A stretch of 64,000 nt of DNA from Neoconidiobolus thromboides FSU 785 (Eukaryota > Fungi > Entomophthoromycota), in assembly GCA_025603075.1 (NCBI GenBank), contig MU626293.1, positions 76,466-140,465 of the forward strand. The letters run 5' to 3'. Within the stretch, counting starts at the first letter, position 1, and the number at the start of each line of letters is the position of its first letter. Below the pieces are notes generated by a model, which made no database searches, was not told the origin of the DNA, and saw only the letters and a list, made by a program, of their open reading frames with translations. Positions 49,827 through 61,129 of this stretch are shown here, piece after piece. The position numbers and the translations under genes are program-made.

Positions 49827-50447
49827 TCAAGAATAAATTAACGAAACGAGTTGTCCCACCACACTGAAAAACGTATAAAACTCCAAACTAGTTAAATAAC
49901 TACAATTGAATCTAACATCCGCAATCTCTGTTCGATCGTGTTTTAAATTAAAGCTACAGACTACTGTATCTGGGAACCCATTTAAATAAATGTTCCATAT
50001 TGAGCGCCCACTACTCAGTCTTTTTTTCTCAATCACATACTTTTTGATCTCAGTTTCCTTCTGGTAAGAATGGGACATCAAAATCACACACTGATTCAAC
50101 TGGGATATTACCTCAGCATAGCATCTTTGATTTAAAGGATCTATAACTTTAAAGTAAAGCTTATGGTCTAATCTTGGTAGCTGATGAGTTTTCATTATGA
50201 CTGAGTCATCAAAGTCAATGAGTTGAATCCCATTATTGGTGGGCTTAATCGAAAACCAAGAAGCTTTGGTGCCTGCTTCTTGTAATTTCCATTTACACTG
50301 AGGGATCTTTTTTATCAAAGAAAAGTTGCTATGTATTGTAAAACTTTTGATTTGGGATGGGTATGAGGGTAGTGCGCTATTATTATATTGTAAGGAATAA
50401 GAAGGTAGCAGTTCACCATTTAAATTGTTATAAGTAGGATCTGACAT
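49827..50447 (-). CDS. Twin-LPxY family protein 3 (206 aa)
   Basis: LPSY-x8-LPSY; FTIHSNFSL, CKWKL, WFSI, YVIEK, IADVRF, LEFY family pattern. Confidence 0.83.
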   Translation of the reverse strand: MSDPTYNNLNGELLPSYSLQYNNSALPSYPSQIKSFTIHSNFSLIKKIPQCKWKLQEAGTKASWFSIKPTNNGIQLIDFDDSVIMKTHQLPRLDHKLYFKVIDPLNQRCYAEVISQLNQCVILMSHSYQKETEIKKYVIEKKRLSSGRSIWNIYLNGFPDTVVCSFNLKHDRTEIADVRFNCSYLTSLEFYTFFSVVGQLVSLIYS

Positions 50448-51438
50448 TTTCTTTACCCTGTGTAGTTTGCTGGGTATTTATACTGTTAATTAAGATGCGC
50501 AGTTAAATTAATGCTCTTATCAGTTTAAGTAATTCGTCTGCTATCAATTATAAGAATTGTTGATATTAGAGATTAAAGTGATAGCTGATTAAATTTAAAT
50601 TATTTATTTTCATAACGAAATCGGCGCTTTTATATATTCTTTAAATGAAAATAGGTTCGGTTTTATTATTATTAATAGGACTTTATTTGAAACTACAGTT
50701 CATGATTTAGATCAATATAAGTCAAGAAAGTTGTTGAACGCTTAAATAGATGAGCTATTATGATATCATTTAGAAGTATTAACCAGTAAGAATAAGCTAT
50801 TTATTTATTATCATTTCTTAATTTAAGATTAGTAATTTTAAGTCCAGCTTAAATTTAGAATAAAATACAAAATGATTTTAGAAGAGATATTAAAGACAGC
50901 ATAATATAGTGTATAAATTTAACCTTAGTACCATTTATTATATTATGCGTTTATTTTTAGTATATTTGGTCATATTTTTTTAGTAAAAATTAAAGATAAT
51001 AAACAGTGTTGAATTCCATTTGGGCTATAAACAAATTGCAAAACCAACCCTAAATCAATCAAAGGGATACAAAAAATTAAAGCGCCGTTTTAGTAACTAT
51101 TTTAATATATTAAAGGGGCTCTAATTTTTAGCTGCCATCGATTAATTATGACTCACCTATAGTACATTATTTTTGTTGATTATACTGAGTAACTTGTTTC
51201 GCAGTTGTATCACAAAACAAAATGAAAATTATATATTTTGCCTATAATTAAGTAGAGTTAGTAGTCAATACTTTAAAAAGCAAATTTAATATTTTTTACA
51301 ATAATAATAATTGATATGATCAACAATTTTGGCAGCAGCCCAGCCCATATTTTGACCCTAAAAGTAAAAAATCCAAAACCATCGCTGCGGAATGACCCTA
51401 AAACTATAAAATAGCACCTATTTTCATCAAGTTGAAAA

Positions 51439-52062
51439 ATGAGTTTATCAAACTCAAATTCAATCATCTCCGAAGGTGATGAGTCACTTCCAGCTTATTC
51501 CACAGCCCATCATGGTATATCACTTCCTCCATATTCTCCTCCAATTAAAAAATTCATACTCCAAACTGAATTCTCATTATTTAAAAATATCAATCAATGT
51601 ACCTGGAAGCTAATAGAAAAGGGATCCGAAGTTGTTTGGTATCAGATCTACCCTACCAATGATGGAAGGCAGCTTCAAGGGCTTGATAATAGTATTTTAC
51701 TAGAAACCAAAACATATCAATTGTATCCAAATATATTAGTTAAAATACTAAAGATGAATCAATTGAGAGCTGAGCTGAACTACGAACTAACAGTTTCAAG
51801 ATTAACTACCTACAATCCTTATGCAATAGAAGAGGAAACAGGCGCTTATACCATTACTAAAAGAAGGATCGGAGACAGTAATTTGTACCAATGGGTTATA
51901 AGCTTGAATGAGAGTCCATTAGTGATCTTAGCTAGCTTCTGTTTATCCCATAAAGAGCTAATGATTGCTCAGGTAAGGTTTAGTTTTCATATATCCTCAG
52001 TTGAATTTCCAATCTTATTAATAGCTTGTTGTCAGATCCTTGGTTTCGTTTATTCTCAATAA
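51439..52062 (+). CDS. Twin-LPxY family protein 4 (207 aa)
   Basis: LPAY-x8-LPPY; FSL, CTWKL, VWYQI, YTITK, LASFCL, IAQVRF, VEFPILL. Confidence 0.83.
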   Translation: MSLSNSNSIISEGDESLPAYSTAHHGISLPPYSPPIKKFILQTEFSLFKNINQCTWKLIEKGSEVVWYQIYPTNDGRQLQGLDNSILLETKTYQLYPNILVKILKMNQLRAELNYELTVSRLTTYNPYAIEEETGAYTITKRRIGDSNLYQWVISLNESPLVILASFCLSHKELMIAQVRFSFHISSVEFPILLIACCQILGFVYSQ

Positions 52063-52457
52063 ATAATTTATAAACTAAATATGAGGTTAAAATTTACTTT
52101 TTGTTTATTTGTTTTGTATCTGTCTTCAAATTTACAAACTCCGTATTAGGATATCTAAATTTTTTTAATTTTTTCATTCAGTTTTTAAAATTCAATAACT
52201 TATGAAAGTAATCAATAAAACAATACTAACCTAATTTTTTATCAAGAAGCAAAAATACCTGACAGTTTTAAAAAATTATAAAAATCTGGTAAATAGTAAT
52301 TTATAAGTTAATATAAGTAATTATGAGTGATTTTGTGAATACAATTTAAAAGTATACTGTAAAAAGTTGTTTAATAAAATCCTATTATTGAAAAATCTAT
52401 AGTTGATGTTTATTTTTTTAGTTTTTGATTTAATTTTAAAATAATTTTACTAAAAAT

Positions 52458-52564
52458 ATATGGGGATGTATTTTTATGTTTAAGAATTTTACTAACAAAT
52501 TTTCCGCTTAAATAGTGCTTAAAAAATGGAAAAAATAATGAAGTTAAAAAAAACAGTCCCGTAT
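52458..52564. mobile_element. MITE-like element copy
   Basis: ATATGGGGATGT...acagtcccgtat. Confidence 0.78.
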
Positions 52565-52756
52565 ATTAAAGTATATATTATATAAAATCATAGTAACAAA
52601 AGCCTTGTTTTTTTATATTTTTTATTGGTAAGTTATATAAAAATTAAATTATTTTAAATTATTTTATTATAATTTATAGCATAAATTGATAAAACTTTTA
52701 TTAAGTTTAATAAAAATTGCTATATTATCAAGAGCCTTTACTAATTTAACTTATGT

Positions 52757-53220
52757 TGTGAAATATCGGTTTGTCAGTCCCATGGTTAATTATAGCATAA
52801 TAATTGCCTAAGCTGTTGTGTTCTCGAGTTCAGAGAAAATTAATCCCACGCTCTTATTTTAATTTGCTATGAGAATTTCTAGCTCCATCCCAAAGAATAT
52901 TATCTTCTCATTTTGATATTTATACTTTTCAGAGTATAAAAGAGATTTTAGAACATAGTAGTTCGAGACTTTTTAACTGAATTATCCCCTAATATCTTGA
53001 ACATTGAATAAAGCCACTAAGTTTTCTTAATAGTATTTTACATAGATTTTACAGTGGTATTCTCTATTATATTTGTTTTACATAGTCTGTAGCCTATTAC
53101 GTGCTATTCTTCATAATCCAAGTCCATCTTAGTCACATGAACTAAGGCTTTTCGACTTATAGTGTAGTCAACCAAGCAATAGCTGCTTTTGACTCCAAAC
53201 CCTGAGTACCAGATTTCACA
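52757..53220 (+). mobile_element. Solo LTR (LTR-A, copy 4)
   Basis: TGTGAAAT...ATTTCACA flanked by ATGT/ATGT (4-bp duplication); shares long identical blocks with copy 2. Confidence 0.85.
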
Positions 53221-53265
53221 ATGTATTGACATTAATTAAAGCTATAATAAACAAATAAAATATGT

Positions 53266-53371
53266 ATATGGGGATGTATTTTTGTGTTCAAGAATTTTCC
53301 TAACAATATTTCTACTCAAACAATGTTTAAAAAATGGAAAAAGTAATGAAGTCAATAGAATATCCTTATAT
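53266..53371. mobile_element. MITE-like element copy
   Basis: ATATGGGGATGT...atatccttatat. Confidence 0.75.
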
Positions 53372-53574
53372 CCTAGATTATAGTTTAATATTTAAAATAT
53401 CTAAAATAATTTTTTCTTACTAGTTGTTATTTTTTATTAATACTCTGTTTATATTTCTAAAATTATTTAGTATATATTTAAAAAATATTAGTTTGGATAT
53501 TGTTTTATTTTGAAATTTTTAAAATGCTTTTCATATATCAGTTTTTACTTTTATTTAATATATGTAAAGATGTT

Positions 53575-53739
53575 TTTCAAGTACTATTTAAGCAAAAAAC
53601 TGTTAGTAAAATTTTTAAGCATAGAAATGTATTATATGGGGATGTATTTCTATATTTAATAATTTCACTAACAATCTTTCCACTTAAATAGTGCTTAAAG
53701 GATGGAAAAGTAATGAAGTCAAAAAAAACATCTCCATAT
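53575..53739. mobile_element. Truncated inverted MITE fragment fused to a full copy (53634-53739)
   Basis: aagtactatttaagcaaaaaactgttagtaaaattttt followed by ATATGGGGATGT...ACATCTCCATAT. Confidence 0.75.
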
Positions 53740-53993
53740 ATTATTTTTACCATTTTTAAGTTTTAATTAAACAACAAATCAAATAATAAATCAAATAAAT
53801 GTTATATAGGAATTTTATTAGTTCTTATTTTTTATTATATTAAAACTTACAAAAAATTTATTTTGAAGTTTAATTATAAAAGCTTATATTTTATTTCTAA
53901 ATGAATTCTGAGACCAATTTAGGTATCCTTTGTATTGAGCTAAAGCAATTAAAAGAATATATATTATTTACCAATTCCAAGTCCATTGGATAA

Positions 53994-54075
53994 CTCAGCA
54001 TAGCTCAGTTGGAAGAGCGATGGACTGTAAATGATAGCAATCCATCGGTCCCTGGTTCGATCCCGGGTGCTGAGA
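53994..54075 (+). tRNA. tRNA-Tyr (anticodon GTA) with 9-nt intron (54031-54039)
   Basis: CTCAGCA/TGCTGAG acceptor stem, ATGGA-CTGTAA-[ATGATAGCA]-A-TCCAT anticodon arm, GTTCGA T-loop; 73 nt after splicing at the canonical 37/38 position. Confidence 0.92.
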
Positions 54076-55275
54076 TCATATTTTTTCTGTTAATAAATAT
54101 AATTAGGATTTGGTGCTTATTTATAATAAAAAGGAGAGATATAGTTTAGTAGTGATGAACTAAACATTTAGACCCTTAGTTTTCAGATAAGTTGCAACGG
54201 GATACAGTGGGTAAGTGAAATAGATGATGTTTATAGGATACAGCTTAACATTACTTTTTATTGGATATCAATTGATTAAAAGTATAGGATGAATGAAATC
54301 AAATCGCTTTTGGATTACATGTGCTGCTTCAGTTCAAGTTGCTTAGCTTTTGGGTAATAACGTTGGATTAGAAAAATTATTTTTCAAATTGTCTGATACT
54401 TTAATTTCAACTCGGGATTGTATTATTAAATTAAATTCTAGACAATTACCCAGAATTTACTTTTTAAATTCAGAAGAGTTGGATAAACTTGTATTAATAA
54501 TATGAGATATATGATATTTAATGTTAAATATCGATAAAGAATATTCTATAATTAGCTAAATAACAGGGAGTGCTTTACTTTTAAATTATCTGAATTCTCG
54601 GGTTTTTAAAAAATCAATGTACCATTATCATTATTTAGTTTTATATTACTAATTCTTTTTATTATAAATTTATAAAAAAGGCAATTTCGGAATTCTATTT
54701 CTTAACCTTATTTTAAGTAGATTTCATCTGATTGTTTTTTTCAAGTTCCCGTTTTGAAGATAAAGTTTATTTTCTCCATATCAGCTATATATTACTAAAG
54801 CCAAAAACAAACAAATATTCTAAAATTGAGTTTTTTATAATACTGTGTTTATTGTATGTTAATATAACTATTAGCAGGTTTTGTAAAAATAAAACAAAAC
54901 AGCCTAAAACAGTTAAAATCGCAGTTTTAATAGATGATTTAAAGTTGCAAAGTAGTTTTAGTTATAATATAGAGTCTGAATGATAGATAGAGATCAAATT
55001 GAGATAGTTGTATATGCCAATAAAAAGTATTTTGTAATGGAAAAAATTAAAGGAGTGAGTTGAGTCATAATTATATGGAAATGTGGGTTAACTTAGTGCA
55101 GTAAAACATTTATGTTTAAACTTGGCGAATTGAATTGAAATATGTCTGATTATAACTTATGTATTTATATCAATATATTATTAGTTTTTATCATTAATAT
55201 ATTGTTCTTTTTTTTAATTTAGTGCAAAGTTGTATTGTATTGTTATAAAAGCTCATTAAATTGATCAATTGATTA

Positions 55276-55866
55276 ATGATAAATAAAAACAGTATGAGCA
55301 TATTACCATCATATGAATCGATTATTAAAGAAGGCTTACCTTTGTATAATGATGCGGTAAGTTACTACAGAATAGATATTAAGTTCTCGTTTAATTTACT
55401 TAATAATATGAAACTAATCATTCTTGACAAACAAACGAATAAAGTTATTTATAAACTATATCAACACGAACGAGGTTTTGAACTCAAGCGTATGGATAGT
55501 ACTAACATAGTGGATCTATTAGAAGTACCTAGAACCAATCAACTTTCATTTTTGTTTTATATAAATAATGGGGTATCTGCAACCATGGAATACGTAGATT
55601 TGGACCAAACCTATAAAATTCAACTTCAAGATTTAAGATTATATACTAGCAAATACTTTATTATATCAAAATTGAAATTCAATAATTTGGCTATGTTTCA
55701 TATTACAGAACAAGGGTATGATCTTGTTTTGATTAAAGGAGTGTTGGCTTTCTCTTCAAAAAGGTTATTGGAAATAGCTGTTTTTAAACAGCTGGAAGAA
55801 ATCGAGTTTGAGGTGATTTTTCTGGCTATTACTCGGTGTGCCGTTTGCTCTTGGATTACTACTTAA
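55276..55866 (+). CDS. Twin-LPxY family protein 5 (196 aa; could start at the internal MSILP)
   Basis: LPSY-x7-LPLY; FSF, IYKL, RGFEL, IISK, IEFEVIFL. Confidence 0.8.
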   Translation: MINKNSMSILPSYESIIKEGLPLYNDAVSYYRIDIKFSFNLLNNMKLIILDKQTNKVIYKLYQHERGFELKRMDSTNIVDLLEVPRTNQLSFLFYINNGVSATMEYVDLDQTYKIQLQDLRLYTSKYFIISKLKFNNLAMFHITEQGYDLVLIKGVLAFSSKRLLEIAVFKQLEEIEFEVIFLAITRCAVCSWITT

Positions 55867-56658
55867 TAAATGATATGTACTATATATTGTTATACCTCCT
55901 TGTTAGCTTCTGTACTATTGGTTTTATCCATTTGGTTTTAAATGATTTATCAATAAAGGACCTTTGTTTATATACTAATTAAATAAACTTTTGATATTGG
56001 TTTATTTTTGTATTGGTTTTATCAAATTTGAAATAATGACTGTTATTTATTTTTTGAATAAAGCGTTGTTATACCTAGTAATATTACATATTTTATTATA
56101 ATTAAATTATAGTCGAAAGAGAGATCACATCTTTTACATTATCAAGAGCATAGGATAAAAAGTAAACACATCCATTAAAACGAATTTACTTCTGAATATT
56201 CATGTAGCTTCTAACCTAAATAAACCCAAGTATTTTTTGACTTAAATTCCTTTTCGATTACCTCAACGCTACCATTCTACCCCCAGAAAGCCCATCTAAT
56301 TATACCAACACCCTCATAAAAAACCTGGTCAAAATTATCAGTCTGATCTCACTTATTCAATCTATCAAATGTTCTTAAACTCAAACCAATGAAGAAAAAT
56401 TTAACTAAATTTTATTCGGAACCTAGGATTACCGGAATTTCCATATTTATTCGCAAGCGTTTTAAACTTGTTCATAACACTTAATTTTATGCAAAGTAGA
56501 TCAAATACTTTATAGAATAGAATAAAATTAAGCGATTTTATAAAAGTATTAAAAATCAACAAACGTTTATTTGAGAGCGCAGTAAAAGATGGGGATATAA
56601 AACAAGGGATTTTGGTAGGTTTGTTTTCATCAAAATTAAATTGAAATAAAATAAAGAA

Positions 56659-57237
56659 ATGAGTGTATTACCAGAGTATCAGAGTTTTGTTAAAGAAGAG
56701 CTACCCAGCTATCGCGAGGAAGCTAGCTATTTCAAAATAGCCAAAAGAAAACATTTCAGCTTTAAAGGCAAGGAGTATGGAATTTATAACAAAGAGAAAA
56801 ACTCAAAGGACTATAAGGTCCATCAACTAAAAAGAAGCTTAAAGCTAAAAGGCAAAAACAATGAGCTGTTGATAGAGCTATTCCAGTTGCCACAAATAGA
56901 GAATAGCTACTCTTTTTTAATTTCTAACCAAGATAATGTTAACGCTGTTATGATAAGAAATAATACTGATAGAATGGGGAACTACAACATTATTATTAAT
57001 AGATATGATGTTCCTATGTTTTCGAAAATGTATGGGTTTGTCAAGACGGACAGTAACAATGAATCGTTAATATGCTACAAAATTGTCAATTTAGATGATG
57101 GGTATGTGCTCGGCAAGTTTGTTATTTGTGTTTCGATGAATCAGTTGGTCGAACTAGGATTCTATATGTCGATCGATGAACTGGATGTTAAGATTCTACT
57201 ACTTGGAATTGCCCAGTGTTATAGTAATGCTATATGA
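56659..57237 (+). CDS. Twin-LPxY family protein 6 (192 aa)
   Basis: LPEY-x7-LPSY; FSF, YKV, LGKFVI, LVELGF, VKILLLGIAQ. Confidence 0.8.
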   Translation: MSVLPEYQSFVKEELPSYREEASYFKIAKRKHFSFKGKEYGIYNKEKNSKDYKVHQLKRSLKLKGKNNELLIELFQLPQIENSYSFLISNQDNVNAVMIRNNTDRMGNYNIIINRYDVPMFSKMYGFVKTDSNNESLICYKIVNLDDGYVLGKFVICVSMNQLVELGFYMSIDELDVKILLLGIAQCYSNAI

Positions 57238-58582
57238 ATATAAAAGGGGATGTATTAGTAATTAGTTGGGTTAAAGTTAATTTATTACAATGTATATCGA
57301 TAATCAGGTTATTGAATTTATTTCAAATATCAATCAATAAATAATTTTTTGAAGTTTTAAATGTTTTTTGACTATTGTAATTTCTATAAAGTTTTATTAT
57401 TTTTCTATTTTATAGCGATTAAAATAAAATTTTAAATTACTAAAATTTCAACATAAAATGATTACGTTTTGCTACGAAACCTAAAAGTTATTCAATTTGT
57501 CAGATAAAGTATTAATTCAAAAGGTTGATTAGATAAAAGTGATGTAAGAAAGCCGCAGAAGGCTCGAAGGTATCATAGTTGATAACAAATCTTTATCAAA
57601 TATATAAATATAATAGCTGTCCATATTATACTGTACTTAAGAAGTTTATGGTTAGGATAGATATAAATATAAATGTAGATGATATTAAAACAAAGGTTAA
57701 GCTTGTTTCTTCAATGAGTAAAAAAATGTTTTACATAAATAAAGGAGTGGGGTACAGAATGGAACTATTCATAAAAAGAGTTTAAAAAAGAGTCTAGAGC
57801 AGAACAACTGCAAGAAAAATTATGATAGGAATATATATTAAAATTTTATAACTCTGTAAAAGGACCTGATGATAACATGAAGAAAGCCCTTTAATAACCT
57901 AAGTACTGAAGTTTTGAAAAATTTAGAATCGAAGATCTGCCTGTAACTTTAGGCTGATTTGTTTCTCAAATCCGTAAAATTTTGTTTTATATATTTTAAA
58001 GTAGAGTGTGTATTTTGAAAAACTTCGAAAGCTGTAGGACCTTTGTTTAAATGTCCATTAATTTAGATTATTGTTTTGATCATTATTATTAGATAAAATA
58101 TACTATTATTCATACAACTGGTAAATTTAGAAAATAACTATTAATATAAAAAAACAATTTCTAAATGTGAAAATGAAAGGACAGTAGGTAAAGATAATGT
58201 CATAAACTTTTTGATTAATTTAATTATAATAACTTTAGTTTTATCATATTTTGTGGGTAATCTTGTTATAATTTACACTTCAAGAAACTATTTGAAAATA
58301 AAAAATTGGATTCCTTTTTATTGAAGTCTAATAATAAGCGATAAATATAAAAGGATAAATGAAATTTATCCTAAATGAAATAATAAAATAAAATAGCAAA
58401 ATCAATTTAATGAAATAAAGCTCTGATCAGCTTTCTGTTTTATTAATAATCAAACAATTTCTAATTATTAATCCATTTAAATACCCTTCGGTTAAATAAA
58501 ATAAATGCCTCCAGATGATTGAAACCCAACAGTATAAAAACACACAATTTTCAAGGACTATCCTCAAAAAATCAAACCAAAC

Positions 58583-59179
58583 ATGTTAATAGAACATGAC
58601 GTCTTACCAGAATACGAAGCGTTAGAACAGGGAACTTTGCTGCCTCGTTACACCAATCGAAACAAGGTATTTACTATCCGCAACGAGTACTCTTTAACGC
58701 CTCTTCACAAAACCCGGTGGAAGATTCAGGAGGGTAGTGGTAAAGTAACGTGGTATAAAGTTGAAAAATATCAAAGAGGTTTACAGTTGATCGAATACAA
58801 TAAACAAATTTTATTAGAAACCAAGCGGTTCTCAAATCAGGCACAAAACTTTCAAATCGGATTACCAAGCTGGGAGTTCCCACTAGCCCAGGTTAACGCA
58901 TGCTGCAGTACCTGCTTTCAGCTTTTGATCAATAGATTGGGGTTCAAGGGCAGTTTTCAAGACGTTTATGTGATCAAGAAGAGAAAGGTTAGGAATAGCG
59001 AATTGTTGGAGTATCGAGTTTATATGGAATCGAGTGAAAGCTCGATGATTGCCTCATTTCGATTGAGCTGTGTTAATAACACAATTGCGTATATGAAGTT
59101 TAGCTCAAATTTGCAGCTGTATGAATTTCATATTATTTTGACTTGTTTTGTACAGCTAGTTTCTTTTATTTATTCTTGA
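58583..59179 (+). CDS. Twin-LPxY family protein 7 (198 aa)
   Basis: LPEY-x8-LPRY; FTI, WYKV, RGLQL, YVIKK, IASFRL, IAYMKF, YEFHIIL. Confidence 0.83.
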   Translation: MLIEHDVLPEYEALEQGTLLPRYTNRNKVFTIRNEYSLTPLHKTRWKIQEGSGKVTWYKVEKYQRGLQLIEYNKQILLETKRFSNQAQNFQIGLPSWEFPLAQVNACCSTCFQLLINRLGFKGSFQDVYVIKKRKVRNSELLEYRVYMESSESSMIASFRLSCVNNTIAYMKFSSNLQLYEFHIILTCFVQLVSFIYS

Positions 59180-61129
59180 GGTTTTTGAAGTTGTTTGATG
59201 TTATCATCTGCATTTTTTTTTTTGCCCTTTTTGTGGGCAGTTTTTTAACGGGAAATACAATTATTATTATTTCCGTAATATCTAAATAATATAAATGACT
59301 AGTTTGAGTAACTAATTTTTTAGTACCTAACTTTATTTTAATCAAAAATTTCTCTCTTTGTTTATATTTGCAAAAAGGTATGTTGTAGAGTTTATTCTAA
59401 CGTATAGGTATATATATCTTAAACAAAAAGCTCTTGAGTTTTTTATAAAAAAAATCAATAAAAGGTCAACGTTAGGTGTGCTTGCACTAATAAACAAATT
59501 GATCGCCGATTAAGAATTTTTTCAAAAACCCCAGTATTTGACTTATTATATAAATGGAATTTATGACAATCAAACCTTAACGGACGGTAGACGGTGAACT
59601 TGAAAAGAGTACTGCTGATTGTCCTTCATGTAGCTGTTTTATGTATTCCAAGCTTAAATGTCAAGTTATACCACCACAATTTCTAAACTATATGGGCTCT
59701 CTATTGACTATAAGTAAAAAATAATAGGTCGGAAGATAATTGGAAAGGTGGGCGGTGGAGTAATGTAGTCTTTATGGATGGATTGTATTTAATATAAATA
59801 AAATTTAGATAACCATAGGGGAGGAAAAATATAAGTAATATTAAATAAAATACAAATTGAGGTTTAATCTGAGTTACTAATTACAATATTTTTTTACGTC
59901 ACGACTATGCCAAGAAAAAAGTTAGCAAGATGAAGCTATTTCAAACCACAATGGAAGCATAATCAGTATTTTTACGTTAATACTATGTTTGCTAGCCCTG
60001 AATCCAACCAAATCCTGATTTAACACTAATTTTAGTATTTAATAATAGTATAGAAATTTGTTCTATTTTATTTCTTGCGTTGTTGTAACTTTTTGCGATA
60101 TATTTCAGGTGCAATGATACTAAACAGTCAGCATAAGGCTCAGAGTTACCGATGACTTCACTAAAGAAGTATACGAATAGTTACTAGATTCTCTTTAGCT
60201 ATATTCAAGTCTATCAACACAATTCTATTTATTTACAAAAAATTGGAATAAATCTCAAAATTTGTATGGGACTTTACTGAGATATTTCTGGAAAATACTT
60301 TTCGCGTCCCATTGTTGTTTGTTTCTAAAACTATCCACTTCCTTGTGTTACATTCAACATACCAGTAATTTTTCTTTACATCTCCATTTTTAAATAAGCA
60401 CATAAAACAATGGTTAATAAATTGAATAATGAAACAAGGTAAATTAAAGTAACAAAATTGAGGTTTTATTACTTTAGTAATGTGGGAAAATAGAAAGTAA
60501 TGATAGGCTAATAGGAATTTGTATGTAAATAAAGTTGGAATAGTTTTCAAGTTAGATTTAGTGAGAATAAATTATGGAGAATAAAGCTAGAACTAAACTC
60601 TAATAGCGTTTTCTTTAGCATTTAGCATAACTTTTAAATTATTTCTTTTGGTAAAACTAGACTTTAATGAGGCTCAAAGTCAAAATCAAGGCTTTTAATT
60701 AAGATTATATTCCATTTGTTTAAAATATTCGAAAAATGAAGTGGAAAGAAACACTATAATACAGTAATTTTATCATATAGTGCCTCAGAGTTTAAGAATA
60801 GTATTCAAAACTACATAGTCACAAGTTAATTTGACAGAGATAAAACCGGTAAAAAATAGTAAATAATGACTTGGGACACGTTCATACAAAGTCAAAACCT
60901 TAAATGATCAAAAAGGCAATTAAGCAGTAGTAATTTTAAAAAAGTTTATTCATTATAATGAATGGTTTATAACTGTGTAACTGGGAATTATAACAGGGTA
61001 CTGGAAGTAAAGTTAGGTTGATATCAATAGAACAAATATAATTGTGTAACTAATAAAAAGCTAGATAAATAGAAGTATAAAAAGCAACTTATAATACTTC
61101 AAAAAAAACTAACAACTATCCATTCAATA

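Noticed and set aside
54290-54505. Coding-like stretches at 54290-54505, 12330-12620, 38030-38170 and 59570-59790
   Set aside because: They are short, stop-interrupted and have no recognisable motif; they cannot be supported without a search.
54732-57785. ORFs 54732-54983 and 57579-57785
   Set aside because: Non-ATG starts, low-complexity AT-driven composition, no motifs or paralogs.
60233-60550. 105-aa minus-strand ORF as an eighth LPxY member
   Set aside because: It has a non-ATG start, no LPxY motif, half the expected length and only vague similarity.
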